Part shown: positions 11,711-24,532 of the stretch, one piece after another
Position numbering within the stretch: position 1 is the first letter of the stretch
Layout: each line of letters opens with the position of its first letter
Assembly: GCA_001179505.1 (NCBI GenBank)
Contig: CDMY01000466.1
Span: 248,001 to 312,000 of the forward strand
DNA from: Vitrella brassicaformis CCMP3155
Taxonomy: Eukaryota > Protista > Chromerida
DNA length: 64,000 nt
Reading direction: 5' to 3'
Translations under genes and position numbers: made by a program
The notes under the pieces: model-generated
Told to the model about the DNA's origin: nothing
The model's input: the letters and a program-made list of their open reading frames with translations, nothing else
Database searches by the model: none

Positions 11711-14700
11711 CCTCCCACGTGTGTGTGTGCAGGAGCTGTTTGACCGGATCATGCGGATGAAGAAGAAAGCGGCCGAGTCGGAGAACCTTGTGCAGGGTAG
11801 GGTCAGTCAGCTCACCAGACAGACGCACAGGCTTACTTACACTTGTGGTTGTCATTCATCATGCTTGAATGAATGAAATGGCTGGCTGGTTTCAGAGATC
11901 TGCCGTGACATCAAGTGCCTGGACTACGGCAAGAAGAACCTCACCACCACCATCACCGCTCTCAAAAGGCTCGTCATGCTCGGTGGGTCGCTGAGCGGGT
12001 GGGAACACCACACACACACACACACACCGCCACAAGAACGCCATCTTGTGCTGCATGTTGGGTCGCTACATTCATTCAGTGACTGCATTGGACCAGCTGC
12101 GTGATGCGGCGGCCAACCGGCACTACCGCGAGACGGCCAACCTCATCCTAGCCATCGAGGAGCTCAGCCTGCACTTCAAAGACCTGATCGGCGTACCGAA
12201 AATCGCGGTCAGTGAGGGCGAATGAATGCCAAGAGAAAGGCGAGGCGGTCATGGATGTGCGCACTCTCCTCTCTGTCCCTCCCTCCCTCCCTCCCTCCCT
12301 CCCTCCGTGTGTGGTGTGGTATGGTTCAGGAGTTGTTGAGTCAGAAGGCGACCATCTTTCGCGAGCTGCAGAAACAGCTCATGGAAGACTTCGACACGTC
12401 AGTGAGGGGCGGCAGCAAGGGAGGGATGCCAACAGCCGCTTTGCGGACGTCAGACCACAGTGACAGCGTCCTATGTGTCATTCGTTATTCAGTCTGTTGG
12501 ACACGAGCCAAGAGACGTGCCCGTGCCTTCCCGAGGCAGCGGCTGCCGTCGACGCCATGACACCCGACGTTAGGTATTCGCAATGCGCACACGAAGAACA
12601 ACCGACCTCACACAATGGGGCGGGGCCTCCATTGTCCGTGTCTGTCTGTGCGTCGCTGGCGTGTTGGCTGTCAGGCGTGACATCGTGACGTCGTTTTGTC
12701 TGCGTATCCTTGAGCCGTACAAGAAGTTGTTCCAGCCGCCCGAGGAGGCGTCCACCCTCGAGATGGTGGAGCGGCGATACTCGTGGCTCAACAGGACACT
12801 CAGGGAATACGATGACAAATACGGTGTGTGAGTTGGTACCAAGACGACATCCATGGCGTCCGAATGTGGTGGTTGTGTGGGTGCATCATCCGCAGCGTCT
12901 GTGTTCCCCGAAACCTGGGCTGTGTCGTGTGCCCTCTGCGAGCACTTCTGCCACATCACACGGTCGAGCACACACACATAACGAACGGCTTTGGCTGAGC
13001 CAGCGGACGTGTTTGTCTGTCTGTGTGGCTCCCTGCAGGCAGCATTTGGTGGAGGTGTTGGGTGCGTGTCACCACACGGTGGACCCCACAGTGCTGGTGC
13101 GTGTGCTGCACAAGTCGATCGAGGTCGAGGAGAAACTCGCCAAGAAATTCCAAAACACCACCACTGACACCGTCAGTCAGCACGACAGACGTCGCCCACA
13201 CAGACGGACGCACCTTTCAGCTGTGTGTTGTCGCCTTGCAGGGCTTGAATCCCTTCTCGCCGTCAGCAGCGGGGAGCGAGTCTCAAATGCCGCCATCACT
13301 CCAGTACCCCGGTAGGTGGACGCACCGAGCTGGGAGCCTGGCTGATATAGTGAATGCACCACACCACTGGCTGCTGCATGTAGACCTGCTTGCTGATGCC
13401 GCCAAGAAAAGGGTGAGTACACACACCAGCTGGCTGGCCACAGGATGCATCTACCCTTGTGTCGAGTCGATGTATGTTGGTTCAGGCCGACGGCAGTGTC
13501 TCCCGCACCGTGCCCCGCTTCAAGGGCATCATATCTGAGTGCTTTGAGGCCTACCTGGGGTCCTGGGTCCGATACGAGGAAACGTGAGACACACAACCCG
13601 CAGCCACCCACATCAGAATGACGCCGATATTGTGTTTTTGTTTGTGTCGTCTGTCCTGCAGGCAGCTGATCGATTCGGTGAGTCGTGCGACGGCCAACGA
13701 TTCCATCATTGGCGAGAGCGATCCGTCCATGGCCAGCATACGCAGGGGAGCGTCCTTTGACAGACACGATGGGGTACGTCAGCTAGCTACGTGCATACTC
13801 ACGAGGGACGGAGAGAGGGAAAACTGTGTCCCTGTGTGTGTCCGTCTGCAGGACGAGGAAGAGTCCGACATGCCCAAGTGAGTCAGCTCACCAGCCGATG
13901 CACACACACACATACATATTCGAGTGCATGTCCGCCGTCCGTGCCGTCTTGTCAGGTACATATTTTCGTCGGCGTCTGAGATCTTCTCTGCCTTCAAGGC
14001 CTGTCTCCGCCGCACCACAGCCATCTCCACACACCAAACGCTATTCGACATTTTCCAGGTACACACACACGTCGACCTAGAAGGGGGGCGGATTCCCCTG
14101 TCTGGCTGGCTGGCTGGCTGGCTGGCTTTGTTTGTGTTGTGTATCAGGTGTTCAAGCGTGTGTTGAAGCGATACGCAGACATCCTCACTGGACGGATCAC
14201 CAAGTAAGTAGGACAGACAGGGCGATTGAGGCAGGGGTGAAGACGTAATGACGGCTCTGCTTCCTGCTTCCTAACACACTGATCAGGAAGGTGGCCCCCC
14301 TGACGGACGAGGCTGCCAGGACCATCGGCTCCGTCATCGGAACCGCAGAGTAAGCCACCCATACACAATATATGCACCCACATGGGCATATGATCACTTG
14401 TGGATGAGTGTGTCCATCCATCCACCAGGTATTGCGACTCGACATTGCCTGCGCTGTCGTCGGCCATTGTGCGAACGATCGACGAGGCCTTCACGTCCAA
14501 GGTCAACTTCGACCCTGAGAGGGACATCATGTGGAAGTAATCAAGACGCAGAGACAACGAATCAGCACAAATAGAGGGAGAGAGCCCTGTTCGTTCGTTT
14601 GTGTCGACTTCAGTCTAAAGACCGGAGCTGTGCAGTCGCTCGTCACCTCATTTGAGGTATGTGTGTAGTGTATGTGTCTCCGGGCCGCCCACGCACTGCG

Positions 14701-16607
14701 CGCACACACGTGGCTCGCTGGATGCAGACCCAACTCGAGCCTTCGTTCGCCAAGATGACCAAGACAAACTGGGTGGGGTGGGTGCGCTGCCTATATAATA
14801 ACACTCAGGCCAACCACACCTGCTTGTACTGGGTGTGGTGTGGTGTGACCATGCAGGTGGCCCTGCAAGAGGTCGGCGACCAGAGCAGCTATGTCACTGA
14901 AGTGGGAGGTCAGCACTCACTCACTCACTCCATCCCATCCCATCCCATCCCATGCCATCCCATCCCATCCAGCCATATATACATACATGAATTGACAAAC
15001 AGACACCAAAAGGAGCGCGCTCTGTGTGTTAAATTGTGTGTATGTTGTGTTATGTGGTGCAATCAGAGGTGATGACGACCCAGTTCCCACTGGTCCGCGC
15101 CAATCTGTCCCTCACCTACTACCGATTCTTCGGAGACAAATTCGCACAGTAAGCCCTCCAACCCACCCACCACATGCATGCATGTGCATCTGCTCTGCGT
15201 GCGGGCGTGTCCACACAACACAGGTGGGTGGTGCCCAAATTCATATCGAGCATCTACGCATGCAAGAAAATCGGAGAGCTCGGTGCACAACAGGTGGCTG
15301 GCTGGCTGGGTGGCTGACACGCAGCGTGTGTGCATTCACTGTGCGTCGGTGTGTCGATGGCATGTCTGTTGTGTGTTGTGTTGTACTTGGCAGCTGTTGC
15401 TGGACAGCTATTCTCTCAAGACCTTGCTGCTCGAGGTGCCCGTGCTGGCCGCTGAGGGCAAACCCGTCCCGGCAGGGTGAGCGACTGATTGAGGAACAAA
15501 CAGAGATGCGCTGCAGAGGCATGCGACCCGTTCGTTGTCCGCGTATGTTCGCAGGTATGCCAAGTATGTCATCCGCGAGATTGGGCGGGCCGAGACGCTT
15601 CTGAAGGTACGCAGGCGTACCTGCATGAGTGCTGGTCCCACCCTGTGTTGCCTGTCTGCCGTTCCGGTCAGATTTTATCTTCGTCTGTCGAGGACGTCGA
15701 GTCCCTCAAGACGTTGCTTGAAGGCCAGGTATACCTACCGGTCGATTCGAGGCCAATGGACGCAGCAGCACGTGCCACTGTGTGCTGGTTGTTTCTTAAC
15801 AATGGCCAGGGTGCGGTGGCCACGCAAGAGGAGATCACCCGCATCCTCTCGTTGAAGGCGGGTGCTGCGGATGCAGCACAGGCGGCCGCAGCCACAGACA
15901 CAGGGTCCGCCACCCACCCACAGCCCCGTGTGGGTGCCGCCCTGCAGTCCTTCACAGTGGGCGGCCTCACCAGCGGCGCTTCCCACATGCTGACACAGAT
16001 CCAGCCACACATCTCGCAGATGCCGCTACAGGTGCCCTCATTCAACTTCGGTGGCCTCCATGCAGGCGGCAGCGGCAGTGCAGGCGCGAGTGCAGCACCC
16101 AGCCCCTCCGTCACAAGCAGTGTGGGCATACTCAACACGACCACCGGTGCGAGTGGCAGCACTGTGGGCGAGAGGGTCGGCCAACCTCCATCGATCAGCA
16201 CCACTGCCAGCCCACCCACCGCTGCATTGTCTGCCGGGCTACCTGGCTCGCCGCAATGGCCGAGAAACGAAGCTGGTATGGATGGATGGATGGATGGGAA
16301 ATGGCTGCCTGGCTCATGCCATGAGTCGTGTTGCATGTGTTGATTGGTTTGTGTGTGCAGCTTCATCAAGCGACAGCGAGGCCCCCCAACAGCCGCAGCG
16401 GCCGGCGATGGGCCGTCTGTTCGGCGACTTCCAGTCGCTGGGGCAACGCCTTGGGGGTCAGGCCACACAAGACGTCAAGAAGCTCATCGGTACGTCAAGG
16501 CACAACGGGCGCGAAGGAGGAGAAATATGCGATGCATATGTCTGTGTGTGGGGTGGGTCACAGGTAAGTTCACTGACCGTGACCGAGGCGCTGGGCGGCC
16601 TCCGTAG
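11123..16607 (+). CDS. VPS53: GARP/EARP complex subunit Vps53
   Basis: Spliced N-terminus DPLDDPNFDPIDYINKKFPNEQSLSKID..., then EICRDIKCLDYGKKNLTTTITALKRLVMLVTALDQL, LEMVERRYSWLNR, FKGIISECFEAYLGSWV, TAEYCDST, QLLLDSYSLKTLLL, all diagnostic Vps53 blocks. Has an Ala/Ser/Gly-rich C-terminal extension. TAG at 16605-16607. Confidence 0.95.
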
Positions 16608-17534
16608 ACACTGGGCCGTAGCACTGTTGTGAATTGATGTGGACATGGAACGATAATTCGTGAAGTGCTTGTGTCTCGGCAGACGCGACGGCATGTATCG
16701 GTCGGTTCGATCGGCAAGATTTGTCTCAAAATTGCCGATCGAGCATGGTCGTATCCATGCGCAGCGCCTTTCTGCCTTCAAAGGCATCTCAACCACCCGC
16801 CACTGATACCATCCGGACACATAAGACCAACACTGGGGACACCACGATCGCCCACATCGTGATCCAAAGCGAAGATCATTGCGCCGCTCAGGGCGTGCTT
16901 GGACGTGCTCGGAGGACGTTGGAGGAGCTCAAGCAAGTGGATGGCAAGCCCCACCAGCCGAACACATACCGCGAGATCCCTCAAAGTCAGGAACGATCCC
17001 TCGTGGGTCGTTGCCTTGCTCGTCAGTGGTGGGGTTGCAGGGGACCTCTCAAGCTCTGTAGGCCAGATGCAGCGTCGTCGAATGCGTACTGAGCCACCTT
17101 TGGGGGTCCTAAAAAGCGCTCCAATGCGAGAACTGAAGGTGCATGCTGAGGCATCCGGGCCGTCGATGCATGCATGGAAAGCATGAGAAGCCGTCTGGCA
17201 CACAGATTTCTTGCTCTGCTTCGTTCATGTCAGCGGCATTCTGCTGCCGCATCTTAAACTGTTGACCTCCACATCTGTCGTTTCTCACCTTCTCACTTGC
17301 CAACACTTTGCTGGCCAACACTAAGGCCGACACTAAGGCCGACATTAATATCCCTTGGATATCTTTTTGCTCCCGCTTTTCATATCTGCTTCTTCATATC
17401 GAAATCTTCCTTCCGCCTTCTGCACGATGACGGATTGTTCTGACTGTCAGGTGGCCTCGTGGCCAGCGAATCTACTTGGATGGCCATTCCGCACGATGGC
17501 CTTTCGACACGCCATCGCCAAGGCCATCGCCCGT

Positions 17535-17819
17535 CCCTTCGGCCATCCACAGCCGAACGGCGTCGTCGGCCCCCTCGTACCCGCCCACCCCAGGCCCAAC
17601 GGCGATTTCGCCCGCCGAGGAGCCACCTTCGCTGTCCGACGCCTTGCACCCCCTTCATCAGCTCATGGACCGGCAGCTGAAGCTCAACACCAAGAGGCCG
17701 AGAGACGGCATCCTCAAGAGGGTGGGCGGGTGGATTGGCGGGATGTGGGAAAGGATGTTGGAGGTGGAGAGGGAGACAAGGCCATGGGATAAGGCGGAAA
17801 GGGAGACGGCATTCTGCCA
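17535..17819 (+). repeat. Dispersed repeat copy A (gene-family fragment), near-identical to 50579-50857
   Basis: Hand alignment with 50579-50857 gives about 15 substitutions plus one 6-bp indel over ~280 bp, same orientation. Translates PSAIHSRT..SYPPTPGPT..EEPPSLSD.LHP.HQ.MDRQLKLNTKRPRDGILKR. Confidence 0.9.
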
Positions 17820-18067
17820 TTTGCTGGTGGGGGGTTGATGTTTGTGTTTTGTGTTGATGCATGTGATTTGACTCGTCCTTGTCGACATACATGTTTATGA
17901 GGCTTTCAGACTCTATCATGTGCATGAAAGACATGCAGTCATGTATCATAGATATGTATCTGTCTGTCCTTAATGCCTTCTGACAAAGTTAACTCGCATC
18001 AAACCCCTTCTGGTCAATATTCACACAATCCACAAATCGAATGCCACCTCCACCAATGCAGCCACGG

Positions 18068-21000
18068 TCACTTGCCTCCTCTGCTCGCTTTCCCGCTTGC
18101 AATGGGCTCTTTCTCTGGCTCAGAAGAAGGCTTATCCTTTGGCTTAACACCACTTTTCTCGTCATGCGCAGGGTGCACTTTACTGCTCGTCCCTCCCAGG
18201 CGTATGAATCTCAATGGATTGTTGGATCCAATGCTGCTTGTTTCATCGCCCATTGAGCTGCCGCTGCCGAACTTCTTCAATGTGGTCACCACCTTCTTTG
18301 CCGTATCGCCCACCATTTTGAACTGCACAAAGAAAGAGACGAAAGACATCAATGCGAAAGACATCAATACGTCTCGGCGAGTGAAGCGGTTGTCTTACCG
18401 TCTTGTTGAGTAGGTCATCTGATCCTCGTGGGTGTCTGTGTCTATCGGCTTCCGCCCATGCCTCCTCCCGATTATACTCAGCATCCCCAGGGGCATACTT
18501 GCCGGAGCCCTGCACCAGTGTGAGTTCTCAAGCAGGCTGCTTGTGTGTCTTGGTTTCTCTCGCGCACCTTCCTAAAATGTCTCCTCGACGGCCCTCGAGG
18601 CCGAAATCTCGGCCCTTGACTCTCCTTTGCTTTGTCTTTGTCGACCTTAAGCTGCTGTGCGCTTGCTGGAGTACGCGTGTCGATAAGCAAAGCCACGCAG
18701 CATAAGACAGAGGTGATGATGATGAGAATGAGTGTGATGACAAAGAAGCCAGCCGAGGCTGCCCGTGGAGTCACGTCGCCGACTTTGTACGGACAAATGC
18801 TGCGATACTCGCCGTCCTCACATAGCCTGCATGAGACACAAATCGGGAAGAGACATGCACAGTAGCTTTCGTCGCAATGGTTCGTGTCTGTCGATACCTG
18901 ACAGGTATTTCATTCATCGGATATTCCTGGCGAGCCGTCATAAGCAGCTGGTTGTCCGCGACTGAACTATACTGGTCCTTCAGCAGCTCCGCCCAGAGCC
19001 TCAACAGCCCCCTTGGCGTCCGCCCTTCCACCATACTGTTATCCACTCTGCTGTCCTCCTCTGTGTCTGTCCACCCGATCGGTGGCTTGAAGACCACGTT
19101 GACTAACAGAGAGGCTGTGGCGTCTCGTGAGGGGTCAATTCCCAGCGACGCGACAAGGAGGCGCTCGATGGGCGTGCCGAGGACTCTTGCAAGCTGATAG
19201 CGAAAGTTGAATTCAAATGCACTGCGCTCAGGACTCGAGGATGGCCTGAAGGTGGTCACATTAGGCTTTGTGAGTGTGTCTCTTGCGTGTGTATGTGTCA
19301 GTGTATATTGCCGCCTGTCAGCATACCTGTCACTGAGTCGCTGTTGGGTGACAAACGGGTCGGTGAGATAAATGGAAGTCATGATCGGCCGCATGTCCGA
19401 CAAGAGGGAGGCGTCATCCAGCTGACACTCACCTGCTGTGGGCACTTTCCAAGCAGAACAACTGCAGATACAAGACACACATGGTAGGATGGCATGCTGA
19501 CAACATGCCCGCTCAGTCAGCTTCTTACTATTTGGTGCAGGCCGATTTTTCTGCAAGGACGAGTGGCGCGGGGCATTTCGGCCGCACCGTCGCCTCACCG
19601 ACATCGAAGTAAGACCCCACATGTTCCAGACAGAGAGTGAAGTAGCCCGTGATGAGCGAGTAGGCACCCTGGAAGAAGAGGGCCGATCGGTCAGAAGAGA
19701 GCACTCCAGTTCTCGGTATAATAACAAAATTCTCGAGCTGGGGGACATTATATGCAGTGCACGGGTTCCCATTCTCTCCCGCCTTACGCGCGGCGAGCGA
19801 TAGCAGGCAACACGATATGACATGTCTCTATGTCTGTTTGTATAGTTATGCTCACCCTGTATACGGCGAAGAGTCGATCGTTCGCTGCCAGCTGGAACCC
19901 CTGGATAGTGATGTCTGTAAAGTCGTTCTGCAGCCACTGTAGCTGCTGGGTGGTGGTCGGACCGTCGCCAACCATTGGAGACTCCTTTATAGGCTCCGTC
20001 ATGATGTTACCTGCCCGTAATCGATACAAGCAAGAGACACAGCACAGACTGAGTAGACAGGGGGAAACGCAAGAAAGGATGAAGGCATGCCTCTCGGGTT
20101 CTCACCAACGGACGTGATTGTGAGTGTCGGGTCATTCTCCAGCAACTGCGTTGGCAGGATGAAGCCCATAGACTCCTTGATGATGAAACGGATCATCTCA
20201 TTCTGCAGACAGCCGGGCAGGCAGATATCAGACAGTGTGGGTCCGCCCATGCGCACGTACATACTGCCGGTATGGTTGCAGCGGGCTTGAGTGCAAGCAT
20301 CTTGAGCGTCTCATTCCACTTGGCCGTCCGCTCCTCCCATATGCTCGCATTCGCACCTAAGTGAGACACGCGCAAAAAGGGAGACAGACCTGTGGGACAG
20401 TCATTTTCGTTCTGATTGGCAGGCACCTTGGAGGTAGATAGCCTGGTAGTCAGCTTGTGAGAAGGTCGTGAAGTTGGGAACTGTCATGAGTATCATATTG
20501 GCGGTCGGGATGGGAACCGTGGCTCTGAAGATTGAAAGGTTTGCAGATAGAGAGAAGGTGATCATGCCTTGATTCTGGCTTACCGCAGGGCGATTTCCCA
20601 CTGAAATGTTTCTGATGGGTTCTTGGGGTTATAGCTGAACTGAGACACATCGAAAGTCCGCTGCACAACCAAAGGCGACTCCTCTATCGGCTGCTCAAAG
20701 ATGATCTGGCCCTTCACCACGGCAACCGTCAGACTGAAAATGGGTGCAGGCGCACACTTTTCAGAGAGGCATGGACAGACACAGACGGACCCGTGCGTAA
20801 CCTACTTCTGGTCGTTCTCTGCCAGAAACTGCGGCAGCCTGCAACCGGCCTCAGAAGCGCGAAGACGGATGGATATCACTCCGGAAGGAAGCGTCTCACT
20901 GTGTACACAACACGCAGATGGTAACATGATCTCATACACACTCCCCTCCGCATGTGCGCGTGAGCTCACTTGGCCTCTAGGTCGAGGAAGTGTGTGGTCT

Positions 21001-24000
21001 GATTCCATTGCGCTGCTCTGTTTTTGAACTTCAGGTAGTGGCTGTCGTATGCGATGCCTGAGATCGGCAGCGTCTCGTTTGGACACACAAACCCGGGCAG
21101 ATGGAGACGCAACACGTTCCCAATCGTCAAAACAACATTCGCCTGACGCCACACAGCACGATGAATGAACGATGGATAAATTGCACGGTCGCCTGCGTTG
21201 TTTGGTGTTTTCATGCTTACAGAGAACATGAAGTCGATGGTGGTGAGGTGGCCGGGGTTTAGATCACTGTAGTCGAGCTTGGACAGTGTGAACCGCTTCC
21301 TGCAGGGATGACGTGGACCATCATAAGTAAACGCTTTACGTCACTGTGCCTAATTACTTCTGCCGATTGACTTGGGAGCTGTATTGGAAGGTCTGGGCGT
21401 ACAATCCCACCTGACAAGCACAATAATCAGATGAACCGACTGCATTGCGTTGTCTGATGCTTGGTCGCAGCCTACGTCGGGTGCCTCGATGTAGAGCGAT
21501 GGATCGGACTCGTAAAGAGCGAAAGGCAGACGCATACCCTGCAGCACACACAGAGACATGCAGGCACACACAGAGATTTTGGAGCGTCAATGGGTGAGAG
21601 ACAAAGTCTCCGTCCCCCCACCACGTCGATCGGCACTGTGAAGCTGATAATTCGCCCGTCCTTTATTGTCACGCCGGGTACGGTCTCGAGCGTGAGCAGC
21701 TTCTCATCCTCCTCCCACGTGGCGCGACGATCGAACAGCGGGCCATTCAATCCCGTAATTGTCACCTCCTGCACACTTGACACACACACATCCACACAAA
21801 CAGCAGATGAGACATGTCATATCTGTACCGTGCCATTGGTTGTCTTCAATATTCCTCCAAGATGAATGAAGATGTTGGTGCTGGGGAGTATGTCGGTGTT
21901 GGCCATGAGTGTGAAGCTCAGCTGTGTGATGGCGTCGGGGTCGCTCGGGTCGAACTCCAGCCGCGACTGGATGAACTCTTTGGCCGGCCCGATGGCGGGC
22001 GACTCTTTGATGGGCTCGAAGGCCAGATATGAGCCCTCGATGCCCACATTCAGCAAATTGTCGTTGGCCATCAGCTTCGACGGCAGCCTGGAAGCATGAG
22101 GGGGAAAAAGACGCGTACATGCGCCCCGCCGTGCTTGTCTGATTGCCGCCCTACTTGCATCCGACAGTTTGTGCGAGTATGGCGGTGAAGGGCTGTGTGT
22201 TCTCGACCCACTCGTTCGGGGCGACAGTGAGTGTCAGGGTGTAGGCAGATATCTTCCACACAGCAGACTCATCGATAAATCGATATGCATCAGGACCTGA
22301 ACACACACACGCCCGTGTCCACGGATCCTAGTGTCCACAGATCTCTCAGTCACCTGTGATTGGCAGCGTGAGCTCATCCAAAGCGGCCGAGGGGCTGCCC
22401 GACCCCCCACTGTCGTCGGTCGAGTGGCACTTGAAGCCATACAGCAGCAACACGATGCTGTGGTTCTGGTGCAGCTCGAGCGGGGGCTGTAGCTCAATGG
22501 TGATCTCTGAGGCAACCTCAGGGGTGGCCGGGTCGTAAGCAAGACCTGCACAAAGGAAGAGAACAAACGTACCCAGTCAGCGGGCAGCAGATCCATGTCG
22601 TTGTTCTGAGCGTACGTGATACAATGAAGTCTTTCTCGCCACCCCCAAGTGGCGGAGATATGTCCACTGGCCGCATCTGCTCCTCACAGAACGTGTGATA
22701 GTCGACACCATTGCCCTCACACCCAATCTGCAGGATGGACCATGGACAGAGACACACATTAGCACGCACACACGATGCACCCGACAGTCCCCCTACCTGT
22801 ATGGATGTGTCGTTTCGATACTGCACGGGCGGCAGGAGTATGTCCTGTATCTGCACTTGGAAGAACGACTGGTGCGAGTATATCGTGCTGATCGGCGTGA
22901 GCAGCAACTGCTGCTCATTCAATCGCCACCGAGCCACACGATCCTTGAAGTAAGATGCTGTGCCGCCAATCAGCGGCACAGTGGACCCACGAGCCCCGAA
23001 ACCTACACAGAGACACACAGAAGGACGTGTGGTCGGCTTCTTGTACTCGCACAAGAGGGAGATACGTACTTGGGAGGAGCAGTCTGATTGTGGTGCCGGG
23101 ATAGATGGGCCAGTTGGTGCTGAAGTTGAGGAAGAGCGTCGTGTACGTGTTGGGAAGGGCCACACTCGAGTCGTTGGTGCTGCCGTAGAACAGAGACGCG
23201 AAGCTGAATCGCCGCTCCTCCAACACCTAAATGCGTGGAGACAAACAGCCATTCTGATGTAGGTAGACAGGAAAGGCGCAGAAGGGCCTCCATTTACCTG
23301 TGTGACTTGCGTGAAGTTGCTGCTGATGAGGAAGACCTCCACATCATCCTGACTCCGCACCTTCGCCTTGAGCGAGCTGTCGTCCAGCGCCACAGAAGCC
23401 GGCAGGGTCAACGACTGCGAACTTGCAATCACAAACTCATACTCCACTTCCTTCACCAGTGTCTCGCCGGTCGCTATGTAAAAGGACAGTGTCTCGTTGT
23501 CGGTGTCCCAGTAGGCATTGCCACCCACTCTGTCTCGGCCCGGCCCCTCAACGTTCAGCACACGAGACCCACTCGGGTGCGAGAAGCCCGGCAGGTACAG
23601 CACGAGCTTGGCGGTGTCGTCGTATGTGTGCGAAATGGTGACGAGTAGGGTGATGTTCGACGGGCGGTTGGCTTCAGGAGGGTCGAATAGCAGAGATGCC
23701 TTGAGGAAGTAAGGCTTTCGCAGCACGGGGTTGACGTTTTTGAAGGGCTCTTTTTCAATGGTGGCAGGGGGGTTTGTCTTGCTTGCAGACACCTGGATGG
23801 TGGCAGTGTTCTCCTGGACCTCCTCTGGCAGCACCATATTCTTGAGAACGAACTCTGTGTCGTTGTCCTTGCTAAACAACACCTTTGTCTTGAGCCCGAT
23901 CCGGATCTCATTGTTGTCGGTGTTTGGCTCCTTGTAGAAGGTGGCTGCCGCGAGGAAGGGCCCATCGACCATCGCTTGCGCATTAATCGACCAAGCCTGG

Positions 24001-24296
24001 CTGACTGGCTCCAGAATAACATCGTATTCTTCGACGGGCGGGTTGGCCTGAGGCATCCTCTTGGGCACAGCCGAGCCCCAGCCGTCTGGCAGATAGATGC
24101 TGATGGATTTGTCGTTGTTATCCGTCGTGATGTCCAGGGACGGGCGTAAGATGACCGTCATGTTTGTCTCTTTCGAGGGTTCTGCAGGATGAAACGCCAT
24201 CGTGCTGACGACAAATGTCTCCTGCGCGGCGGCCAAACGGAGCGAAAGAGTGCCGAACACCAAGAACGTGCTGAAAACACCGCGCGCCGCCTCCAT
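18068..24296 (-). CDS. Large secreted type-I membrane protein with at least 7 tandem ~150-aa repeats, uncharacterised
   Basis: Signal peptide MEAARGVFSTFLVFGTLSLRLAAAQ. Recurrent units begin F..S.L.(F/Y).P..P and contain I.L.LPGF. A juxtamembrane domain (FEFNFRYQLARVLGTPIERLLVASL..LLVNVVF) precedes a hydrophobic segment (FFVITLILIIITSVLCCVALLI) and a Lys/Ser-rich tail ending ASGKASRGGK*. Internal exon boundaries only partly resolved. Confidence 0.75.
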
Positions 24297-24419
24297 CTTC
24301 TTCTGCCGTCTTTGCAGTGGGAAGACAGGAGCGGGGGCGGGTAATGGATGGATGCAGCTGCAAATTGCGGGACGGCCGACTCGTCAATAGCAAGGGGCGC
24401 AGGAGAGTCGCAGCCACGG

Positions 24420-24431
24420 GCCAATATTGGC
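24420..24431. promoter_or_regulatory. Palindromic double CCAAT box (GCCAATATTGGC) in a head-to-head promoter
   Basis: Perfect 12-bp palindrome midway between divergent start codons at 24296 and 24533. The 9-mer TATTGGCTG also occurs at 6546-6554 in the LHC/acyltransferase divergent gap. Confidence 0.4.
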
Positions 24432-24532
24432 TGTTTCGCTCTTCGCTTAGGGTGCAGCTCGCGGATCGCCCGAAGAAGAAAGAAACGGTGATTTGTGAGG
24501 AGCCTTCAAGGACTCCTATCGAATAGCTGAGG

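Noticed and set aside
16721-17203. Overlapping 123-aa (+) and 141-aa (-) ORFs after VPS53
   Set aside because: No recognisable motif, splice structure or codon signal. Could be decayed sequence but cannot be supported.
17320-17343. 12-bp tandem repeat ACACTAAGGCCG x2
   Set aside because: Only two units with no spacers. Not a CRISPR array or target-site duplication of an identifiable element.
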